Positions 17,659-24,819 of a stretch of 48,099 nucleotides of DNA are shown here, piece by piece (position 1 is the first letter of the stretch; each line of letters begins with the position of its first letter). Source of the stretch: an uncultured Verrucomicrobiota bacterium (GTDB taxonomy: Bacteria > Verrucomicrobiota > Verrucomicrobiia > Limisphaerales > SIBE01); NCBI GenBank assembly GCA_964355375.1, contig CAYHFE010000001.1, positions 27,891 to 75,989 on the forward strand, read 5' to 3'. Both the position numbers and the translations under genes were made by a program. Below the pieces are notes generated by a model, which had not been told where the DNA came from, did no database searches, and saw nothing but the letters and a program-made list of their open reading frames with translations.

Positions 17659-20091
17659 ATGAACGATCTCCGCTTTGCCATCCGAATGCTTCTCAAAAAC
17701 CCGGCCTTCACCATCGTCGCCGCGCTGTCGCTAGCGGTCGGCATCGGCGCCAACACGGTGGTTTTCTGTTGGATCCAGGAGACCTTGCTGCGGCCTTTGC
17801 CCGGCGTGGCGCGAAGCGAGCAAATGGTCGTGTTGTGCGCCACTCATGGCAGCGAGCAGTGGGATACGGTTTCGCTGCCGGATCTCCGCGACTACGCGAC
17901 GCTGACCAATGTTCTCAGCGGAATCATCGGTTCGCAGGTCACGCCCGCGTGCCTGACCGTGAATGGAAAGCCCGAATGGATATACGGCCAGATCACCACG
18001 GCGAACTTCTTTGAGGTGCTCGGGGTGAAGGCGTTGCTGGGCCGCACGTTTGTCGCGGAGGAGGATCTTCGCCCCGGCGGCGCGCCCGTCCTGGTGCTCA
18101 GCGAGGATTACTGGCGCCGGCGCTTTGGCAGCGACCCCAACGTCATCGGCCGGGTGGTGGATTTGAACCGGCACAGCTTCACGATTGTGGGAGTTGTCCC
18201 CGGCGCCTTTCGCGGCACGATGAGCGCGCTGCGCTGCGATTTCTGGGCGCCGTTGGTGATGCACCAACAGGTCGCCAATTTTGGATCATTGACCCAGCGG
18301 GCTGATCACTGGCTGCACACGCAGGCGAGGCTCCGGCCCGGGGTGAGTCGCGCCCGAGCCCAGGCGGCAACGGACACCATGGCGCGGCAATTGGCGCAGG
18401 CTTACCCGGACACGAATCGTGAGATCGGTCTTCGGGTGCTGCCCCTCTGGAAGGCGCCCTACGGCGGCCAAGCGCTGTTGCTGCCCGTGTTGAGCCTCCT
18501 GTTCGCCGTCAGCCTGGGCGTGCTGCTCATCGTCGCCGCGAACGTCGCGAATCTTTTGCTGGCCCGGGCGACGGTGCGCCAAAAAGAGATCGCCATCCGG
18601 CTCGCGTTGGGCGCTGGCCGGGCGCGGCTCATCCGCCAGCTCCTCACCGAAAGTCTGGTCCTAGCCTTGCTGGGAGGCTTGCTCGGCGTGCTCGCGGCGA
18701 GCTGGGGCGCCATGCTCTTTCAAGCCTTTTTACCGCGGACCTACCTGCCGATTGGGTACACCTTTGCCGTGGACGGTCGGACGTTGCTTTTCACCGTGGT
18801 GCTCACGCTGGCCACCGGCGTGGTGTTTGGTCTGGTGCCGGCGTGGCCGGCGTCGCGATTGAACCTGAACGCCACGCTCAAGGAAGGCGGGCGCACCTCC
18901 GGCACCGCGCTGCCCCATCATCGGGTCCGGAGCGCGCTGGTCGTGGCCGAAGTCTCGCTCGCCCTGGTCTTGCTGGTGGGCGCCGGGCTGTGCCTCAAAG
19001 GCTCGCACAAGGCGCAACAGCTCGACATTGGCTTCGACCCGCGCCAGGTCCTGCTGGGGGGACTGCGGGTGGGCATGCACGGCTACGACGAACAGCGGGC
19101 GCTGGTCTTCTACCGGCAGTTGCGGGAGCGGCTGGCGGGGCTGCCTGGCGTGAAGGAAGCAGCGATGGCCAGTTGGTTCCCATTGGGATTTGAAGGCGGG
19201 GGAAGTGCCGGGGTGACGGTGCCGGGATACGATCGGAAGCCCAACGAAGACGTGAACGTTCAACACGCCATCGTTTCACCGCGCTATTTCGCGGCCCTGG
19301 GCATTCCGCTGGTGGCCGGCCGCGATTTCACCGACCAGGACGACGCGACCTACCCGCGCGTGGTGATCATCAATGAAACAATGGCGAAGCGCTTTTGGCC
19401 GGGGCTGGACCCGGTGGGCCGCAAGTTCACCATCTGGAGCGGCCAGCGCGAGTTGACAATCATCGGCGTGGCGAAGAACGGGAAATACCGTTTCCTGAAC
19501 GAACCGCCGAAGCCGTTTATGTATTTCGCATATCAGCAAGGCGTCTGGGATTTGAACCTGGGCGTGGCGCTGCGCACGGAGGGCAACCCGCTCACCTTCG
19601 CCAGCGCCTTGCGCAAGGAAATTCACGCGCTGGATCCGGGCATCGAAGTGTGGAACTCGATCGCGATGTCCGACTTCATCCAGGCGGCGTTCCTGGGCCA
19701 GAAAATTGTCTCCACGCTGCTGGTGGCCCTGGGCGTGGTGGCACTCGTCTTGTCCGCGATGGGCATCTACGGCGTGATGGCCTACGTCGTCAGCCAGCGC
19801 ACCCACGAGTTGGGCATCCGCCTGGCGCTGGGTGCTTCGGCGCAACGCGTGATCCAGCTCGTACTTACGCAAGGCATGAGGCTGACGGCGCTGGGACTGG
19901 TCCTCGGTTTGATTGGCGCGGTGGCCTTGAGCCATTCGCTGACGAACTTCCTTTACGGCGTCAGCCCGTTCGATCTCCTGACGTTTGCCGGGGTCGGGGT
20001 GACGCTGGCGGCGGTCAGCCTGGCGGCGTGCCTGGTTCCCGCCTGGCGAGCCGCCCGCGTGGACCCGATGACGGCTCTGCGATCGGAATGA
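17659..20091 (+). CDS. ADOP-family duplicated FtsX/MacB-type ABC permease, paralog 4
   Basis: The ATG at 17659 gives 'MNDLRFAIRMLLKNPAFTIVAALSLAVGIGANT', like the other three. The upstream extension from 17563 is low-complexity. C-terminus 'RVDPMTALRSE'. Confidence 0.9.
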   Translation: MNDLRFAIRMLLKNPAFTIVAALSLAVGIGANTVVFCWIQETLLRPLPGVARSEQMVVLCATHGSEQWDTVSLPDLRDYATLTNVLSGIIGSQVTPACLTVNGKPEWIYGQITTANFFEVLGVKALLGRTFVAEEDLRPGGAPVLVLSEDYWRRRFGSDPNVIGRVVDLNRHSFTIVGVVPGAFRGTMSALRCDFWAPLVMHQQVANFGSLTQRADHWLHTQARLRPGVSRARAQAATDTMARQLAQAYPDTNREIGLRVLPLWKAPYGGQALLLPVLSLLFAVSLGVLLIVAANVANLLLARATVRQKEIAIRLALGAGRARLIRQLLTESLVLALLGGLLGVLAASWGAMLFQAFLPRTYLPIGYTFAVDGRTLLFTVVLTLATGVVFGLVPAWPASRLNLNATLKEGGRTSGTALPHHRVRSALVVAEVSLALVLLVGAGLCLKGSHKAQQLDIGFDPRQVLLGGLRVGMHGYDEQRALVFYRQLRERLAGLPGVKEAAMASWFPLGFEGGGSAGVTVPGYDRKPNEDVNVQHAIVSPRYFAALGIPLVAGRDFTDQDDATYPRVVIINETMAKRFWPGLDPVGRKFTIWSGQRELTIIGVAKNGKYRFLNEPPKPFMYFAYQQGVWDLNLGVALRTEGNPLTFASALRKEIHALDPGIEVWNSIAMSDFIQAAFLGQKIVSTLLVALGVVALVLSAMGIYGVMAYVVSQRTHELGIRLALGASAQRVIQLVLTQGMRLTALGLVLGLIGAVALSHSLTNFLYGVSPFDLLTFAGVGVTLAAVSLAACLVPAWRAARVDPMTALRSE

Positions 20092-20368
20092 CCGGCCGTG
20101 GACCTGGCACGCGTCCCTGAATCATGCCCAATTCACGACGTGAGGAACACCGCTTGATGAAGAAATCGCCGTGGCTCCAATTCGTTGAGAAAGGCAGCGG
20201 CTGGATGAAGATCATTCGATTCATCGAGGAGGATCAAAGCGAAGTGATCTCATTCACACAGGATTCGCTTTTTTTCTTGTCTCAAACTGCGTCTGCCGCG
20301 AAAGAGGCAACTCCTTTCAATTATTGCGACGTTGAATCATTCTCGCTGCCACGCCACACTGCCAGCAG

Positions 20369-20620
20369 ATGCCGCCGTTGACCATCCTCGCCGAACGGCC
20401 GAAACACACGCGCAAAGCCGTGCAGTTCTACTGGCAGACCCGCTCCAGACAGTCTCAGAAACAACGCGCCGCCGGCGGCTCCGACCAGGGCTTGCGCAGC
20501 GCTGTCACGGGCGGCGCACAAATGGACGGGTTCATCGCCCTGCTGACCAAGCTGGTGGTCGAAGCCGGGATTGATCCCGCGAACATCTACCACAAGGACT
20601 CGCTGGAATTGCCCGGCTAC
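20369..20620 (+). pseudogene. N-terminal fragment (about 84 codons) of a type II restriction endonuclease (family not assigned)
   Basis: '...KAVQFYWQTRSRQSQKQRAAGGSDQGLRSAVTGGAQMDGFIALLTKLVVEAGI...SLELPGY' resembles the N-terminal part of PD-(D/E)XK type II REases that continue 'LPGYFRPTK.WD'. Here the similarity stops at 20620 and the frame runs into nonsense. Confidence 0.45.
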
Positions 20621-21033
20621 CCAAGGACAAGTTCGATAAATGGTTCCAGCAGTTCTGGACCATTACCGGCGCCTCGACCAAGGAACATCCCGCGCCCTAT
20701 CCGCTCGAACTCGCTTCGCGCCTCGTCCAGATGTTCTCGTTCACCGGCGACACTGTGCTCGATCCCTTCTGCGGCACCGCCACGACGATGGTGGCCGCGC
20801 TCCAGCACGGACGAAACAGCATCGGCGTGGAACTCGATACGGAATACTGCAAGCTCGCGGCGTCGCGCTTGATGAATGAAAACAGGTCCCTCTTCGGCCA
20901 GGCCCGGTTTCAAATCGAGTTGAAGCCGCACGCGGCGGTGGAAAGTGCTATGGCATTGCAGGAAAGCTTTACCACCTGCAAAACTGGTCAAGTTAAACGC
21001 TCAAAAACTTCTTCGCGTCGTCGCCCGTCTTGA
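20620..21033 (+). pseudogene. C-terminal part of an N4/N6 (beta-class, PF01555-type) DNA methyltransferase lacking the DPPY half
   Basis: In frame from 20620: 'PKDKFDKWFQQFWTITGASTKEHPAPYPLELASRLVQMFSFTGDTVLDPFCGTATTMVAALQHGRNSIGVELDTEYCKLAASR'. It has the AdoMet motif 'DPFCGTATT' and 'HPAPYP', but no upstream catalytic DPPY region. Confidence 0.65.
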
Positions 21034-21068
21034 GCCGCACTTCTTGTTGAAGGCGCGCGCGGAGAGCC

Positions 21069-21179
21069 TCACTTCCACTCGCCCTGGGGAGTCGGCACGG
21101 GCGACGGTTCGCTGAACGCAGCCGGAAGATCGCGGGCTCCGGGCAAGATGCGGACGATTTCGATGCGGTCAGCCGGCGT
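21069..21179 (-). pseudogene. ParE/RelE toxin C-terminal fragment
   Basis: Hand translation gives 'TPADRIEIVRILPGARDLPAAF...', matching the ParE C-terminal 'v.IlrvlHgaRDl' pattern. Only about 36 codons follow an in-frame stop. Confidence 0.4.
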
Positions 21180-21187
21180 TCACGCAC

Positions 21188-21280
21188 TCACTCGAAGTTG
21201 CGCAGGAGACGGAGGGCCTCGCACACCACCTCATCGGTCGATTGATAAAAGCCAGAGGCAGCTTTTTCCTGGAGCAGCGG
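21188..21280 (-). pseudogene. ParD (CopG/RHH) antitoxin C-terminal fragment
   Basis: Hand translation gives 'PLLQEKAASGFYQSTDEVVCEALRLLRNFE*', matching the ParD 'v.sGrY.saSEViReaLRLL' pattern. An in-frame stop lies immediately upstream. Confidence 0.45.
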
Positions 21281-21286
21281 TCAATT

Positions 21287-21472
21287 TCACGCAGACCCAA
21301 GTGAGGATTTGAGACGCCCCAGCAGTCGCGCCTCGTTCTTGCGCGCAAGCTCGTGCTCCCAAATCCGCAACACGCGCCAGCCGCGTTGCCGCAGCGTGCG
21401 TGTGACCAACCGGTCACGCGCCTTGTTGGCCGTGAGCTTGTTCAACCAGAACGCCCGGTTGTTTGCGGGCAT
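21287..21472 (-). pseudogene. very-short-patch repair endonuclease (Vsr) C-terminal fragment
   Basis: 'MPANNRAFWLNKLTANKARDRLVTRTLRQRGWRVLRIWEHEL' equals the last ~60 aa of Vsr (N..FW..K...N..RD...GW.V...WE.E). The catalytic N-terminal two-thirds are absent. Confidence 0.65.
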
Positions 21473-23127
21473 GTTCGCTTGCTTTCCAAGAGCAGAGCCG
21501 GGGACGCTGCATCGTGCCGTTCGCCGTCGCTGCCAACGCACCGCCGGAGGCACCTATTGCCTATCCCGAGGAATGGAGGGATGCCGTTCGTCCTGTGTGC
21601 CGAGCGAACGCATCCGACCTGGCTTCGCTGCTTTCGATGGCGTTCAAGGCGGAGAGCGATGCGACTGCTTTGGCCATCGACGGAGCGGCGTGGGATTTTT
21701 CTGCTTACCGCCCGGTCCCGACCATCGTGGAGGCGGCGGAAGCGCTCTATGCCGGACACAACGTCCGAGAGATTGCTCACTCACATGCGGGCGCAATCAA
21801 CCTCACCCTCACGTCGGATAAGCTCGTTGAGATTGTCGAGTGCGCTCAACGAGGGCATCTGAAAGTTGCCTGCTTCGTAACCGGCGTTCCCGGTGCCGGG
21901 AAAACACTGGCTGGTCTCAACGTCGTGCATAATCCAGCACTGAGGCAGGCAGGCCGTCCATCAGCCGTCTTTCTTTCCGGCAACGGCCCACTCGTGAAAA
22001 TTGTCTCCGCCGCCATCACCCGCGACTTCAGGCGACGCACGCTACGCGACGGCGGTGAGCGAACCGTCAGCACGTTTATTCAAAACGTCCATTCGTTCGT
22101 GCGTGAAGCAATGGACAAACCCGACAGAGCGCCACCTGAGCACGTTGTCGTTTTCGACGAAGCCCAGCGCGCCTGGGATGCTGTCCAGAATGCGAAGAAG
22201 ACGGGTCAGGAGATCTCTGAGCCAGAAACCATGCTTTCCATCATGGACAGACATCCTGACTGGGCTGTGCTGGTAGCGCTGGTTGGCGGTGGCCAGGAAA
22301 TCCACAACGGAGAAGCCGGACTGGCTGAATGGGGACGAACGCTGCGCGACAAGTTTCCGCACTGGCGCGTCGCCGTATCGCCGAAAGCTCTGACCGGAGA
22401 TACGAGCGTCGCCGGTCACCGCTTGTTTGAGGACGGCAACAAGGGAGCACTGTTGATTCAGCCAGAGTCAGCGCTCCACCTCGATGTCTGCCTTCGCTCG
22501 TATCGCGCGCAGCGCGTCTCCGAGTGGGTGGAAGCGGTGTTGAGCGGCGACACCACGAAAGCTGCAAGCATCATGGCCGACATTGGCGAGTTCCCAATTG
22601 TGCTGACACGTTCGCTTGGGACTGCGCGGGCGTGGTTGCAGGGGCACAGGCGCGGGCTCCGCCGCTGTGGGTTGGTCGCAAGCTCAGGCGCTATTCGTTT
22701 GCGTCCGCACGGTCTGGAACTTTCGTCAGGCTTTCGACAAGGCAATCGGGACATCTACGTTCATTGGTTCCTCGCCCACCCGCCCGACGTTCGTTCCTCC
22801 AATCAACTCGAAGTTGCTGCCTCTGAGTTCGAGTGCCAGGGCCTGAAACTGGATTGGGTCGGTGTGTGGTGGGGCGGAGATTTCACGTTCGACAACCCGG
22901 CGGGCGGATGGTCGTCTCGCAGCTTCAGCGGCAGTCGCTGGGGTAACGTCGGCAAGGAAGTTGACCGGCGCTACCTACTGAACACCTACCGCGTGCTGCT
23001 CACTCGCGCTCGGGAAGGCTTGGTGATTTGGGTGCCACCTGGAGATTCCGCCGACCTGACCAGGCCGTCGAGTTGGTTTGATGCGACTGCCTACCACCTC
23101 GTGCGTTGCGGCCTTGCGGAGATTTGA
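21463..23127 (+). CDS. DUF2075-type (Schlafen/Nhi-like) P-loop ATPase/helicase, apparently lacking the usual N-terminal nuclease-like module
   Basis: Walker A 'VTGVPGAGKTLAGL', 'VVVFDEAQRAWD', 'ALVGGGQEIHNGEAGLAEW' and the C-terminal 'YRVLLTRAREGLVIWVP'. Walker A sits at about residue 147, whereas I recall about 250+ in full-length relatives. The start codon is uncertain. Confidence 0.75.
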   Translation: MRACSLAFQEQSRGRCIVPFAVAANAPPEAPIAYPEEWRDAVRPVCRANASDLASLLSMAFKAESDATALAIDGAAWDFSAYRPVPTIVEAAEALYAGHNVREIAHSHAGAINLTLTSDKLVEIVECAQRGHLKVACFVTGVPGAGKTLAGLNVVHNPALRQAGRPSAVFLSGNGPLVKIVSAAITRDFRRRTLRDGGERTVSTFIQNVHSFVREAMDKPDRAPPEHVVVFDEAQRAWDAVQNAKKTGQEISEPETMLSIMDRHPDWAVLVALVGGGQEIHNGEAGLAEWGRTLRDKFPHWRVAVSPKALTGDTSVAGHRLFEDGNKGALLIQPESALHLDVCLRSYRAQRVSEWVEAVLSGDTTKAASIMADIGEFPIVLTRSLGTARAWLQGHRRGLRRCGLVASSGAIRLRPHGLELSSGFRQGNRDIYVHWFLAHPPDVRSSNQLEVAASEFECQGLKLDWVGVWWGGDFTFDNPAGGWSSRSFSGSRWGNVGKEVDRRYLLNTYRVLLTRAREGLVIWVPPGDSADLTRPSSWFDATAYHLVRCGLAEI

Positions 23128-23150
23128 TGGGAGGGGCGTTTATCCTGGCT

Positions 23151-23492
23151 CTACAGTGGCGCCGTCGGTTTCGTAGGCTCCGCTAAAACTTCCATGCGGA
23201 AGCCGTGCTTGATCGCGCAATCCTCCGAGCCGAAACCGTAAACCGGAATCCCGAAGGCGGCGTCGAGGCGGACGGGTTCTTCCTTGCCGCACCGTTTGCA
23301 TAGTTCGGCGGGTTGATCGGATGAGTTCATGCGTTTGACTCGATTGACCGGCCAAGTGGCGAAGGATTGCTCGCCGACATCTTCGCCCATCAGCGGCGGC
23401 ACGGCGTTACCGATGAGATGAAATTGATTCATCCAGGTCAAAGGAAAACAAAACCATGTTCCGTCGGGGCCTGGCCACTTTTGGTCCCCATT
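23151..23492 (-). pseudogene. C-terminal fragment of a cytosine-5 DNA methyltransferase (motif X)
   Basis: '...WPGPDGTWFCFPLTWMNQFHLIGNAVPPLMGEDVGE' carries the Dcm motif X 'GNAVPP'. An in-frame stop lies at 23493-23495 and no motifs I-VIII are present. Confidence 0.5.
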
Positions 23493-23566
23493 TTACCGAG
23501 AGGGCAGGATAAATACGGTCCAACCCTCAGAATCTTGCCTGAGCCGCAAGGATGCAGTCAGGATTG

Positions 23567-23614
23567 GGGAGCATACGCGCCCTCGCGTGTGCCGACCGGC
23601 GCCCCGCCGGTCGG
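23567..23614. repeat. double-hairpin REP-like unit, inverted orientation
   Basis: 'ggggagcatacgcgccctcgcgtgtgccgaccggcgccccgccggtcgg' is the reverse-complement version of the units at 23666 and 23853, with compensatory stem changes. Confidence 0.6.
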
Positions 23615-23665
23615 AAGGGAGGCGCGATTCAGTCACTCAACGGTGATCCAGTCGAACGCCCCGGA

Positions 23666-23745
23666 GTGGTCGGCGGAGACGCCGACCACAGCACGCGAGG
23701 ACGCGTGCGCTCCCCATTTCAATTGAATAGTCACGGCGATCGGGT
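23666..23745. repeat. double-hairpin REP-like unit, copy A
   Basis: Hairpin 1 is 'gtggtcggcg gaga cgccgaccac' (10-bp stem). Hairpin 2 is 'gcacgcg agga cgcgtgc' (7-bp stem). These are followed by 'gctccccatttcaattgaatagtcacggcga'. Confidence 0.75.
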
Positions 23746-23852
23746 GGGCAATTTCTTCTAATTGTCCGCGACTCTTCTCGACCGGCGTGGGCGCTGATCG
23801 CAACGGACGTGTCACTCAATCACCAAAACGTGACTTGTTCGGGTGGACCAAT

Positions 23853-23933
23853 GTGGTCGGCGAGGGCGCCGACCACGGCACGCGGGGGCGCGTGCGCTCC
23901 CCAATTCAACTGAATGGTCACGGCGAATCGGTG
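23853..23933. repeat. double-hairpin REP-like unit, copy B
   Basis: About 85% identical to copy A over about 80 nt. Most differences fall in the hairpin loops (gaga/aggg, agga/gggg) and a few in the 3' tail. It starts 187 bp downstream of the start of copy A. Confidence 0.75.
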
Positions 23934-23975
23934 AGACTTGTGGCAGGAAAGCCTGTGGGCTGGTCGCCCTCAAAG

Positions 23976-23992
23976 ACGGGCAAGTTGCCCGT
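23976..23992 (-). terminator. possible weak intrinsic terminator after the hydrolase gene
   Basis: 7-bp stem 'acgggca agt tgcccgt', about 20 nt past the stop at 24013. On the minus strand it is followed by 'ctttg', a poor U-tract. Confidence 0.25.
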
Positions 23993-24012
23993 TCCATCCT
24001 GAACCGATCCGG

Positions 24013-24810
24013 CTAAACTCCGGCGAACGGGTCTTTGTCGGGGGAGGTCGGAAACCCCGCTCCGCCACCGAGCGGCCGGTCAAAGCGGCCGTGCTTCAGA
24101 AAATGGTGAACCTGGCGCAAGGTCTGGCGCCGCCACAACATCCAGGTGTGCGTCGTATGAAGAACGAGAAAATCCTTCATGCCTTCAACCTGGGTATTCT
24201 TCACGGAGACTTTTCCATCGTTCGGCTCCGGGATCATCCCGGAGAACCAGGGATCAGACGAGCGGTCGCCAGCGATAATCCCCACTTCACATCGGACCGG
24301 ACCGAGACGCCGGGGCAGATCGGAGGCGTCGGTTCCCAGCCTTTGGCCGTTCCGGCCGAGCACAAGCCGGCCCAACCAATGGCGCTTTAAGCGGTCGGCC
24401 AGTTCGGTGCCCTGGTTTGGCGGCCCCAACATCACCACTCGGCCCAGATGGGCCACGGAATGGTTGGACAAGTAGAGCCGAAGAATAATCCCGCCCAATG
24501 AATGAGTGACGAAGTGGACTTGGACGGAGGAGTCCGTGATCGTGCGTGTGAGCTCGTCGTGGAGATGTCGGTCAGCCAGCTCCTCGATCGAGAGCTTGCC
24601 GGACGGGTAGCCGAGGTTGACGACCCGATAGCCCTGGCGGTTGAGAGACCATTCGAGGGCTTTCATGGAGAGTCGGGTGCGGCCCAGGCCGTGGAGCAAA
24701 ACCACGTAGTCGCGGTTCGGCGCGGTGGCTTGGCCGGTCGCGGCGATCGTGCCGGGAATGGAGGTGAAGACCGCCCACCAGGCGATAGCGTTCATGAGAA
24801 ATTCCTTCAT
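24013..24810 (-). CDS. secreted alpha/beta-fold hydrolase (lipase/esterase-like)
   Basis: N-terminal signal-like segment, oxyanion 'VVLLHGLG', nucleophile elbow 'VTHSLGG'. It starts 9 nt downstream of the aas stop. Confidence 0.8.
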   Translation of the reverse strand: MKEFLMNAIAWWAVFTSIPGTIAATGQATAPNRDYVVLLHGLGRTRLSMKALEWSLNRQGYRVVNLGYPSGKLSIEELADRHLHDELTRTITDSSVQVHFVTHSLGGIILRLYLSNHSVAHLGRVVMLGPPNQGTELADRLKRHWLGRLVLGRNGQRLGTDASDLPRRLGPVRCEVGIIAGDRSSDPWFSGMIPEPNDGKVSVKNTQVEGMKDFLVLHTTHTWMLWRRQTLRQVHHFLKHGRFDRPLGGGAGFPTSPDKDPFAGV

Positions 24811-24819
24811 GACCTGAAC

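Noticed and set aside
20124-20381. 85-aa ORF in the lower-GC spacer after ADOP paralog 4.
   Set aside because: It has no recognisable motifs and odd composition, and it overlaps the start of the REase fragment. It is probably non-coding island-boundary DNA.
23567-23933. CRISPR array, considered because of the regularly spaced GC-rich palindromic repeats.
   Set aside because: There are only two direct copies plus one inverted copy. The units are ~80 bp with ~187-bp spacing, and no cas genes are present. The structure fits REP/BIME-like elements instead.
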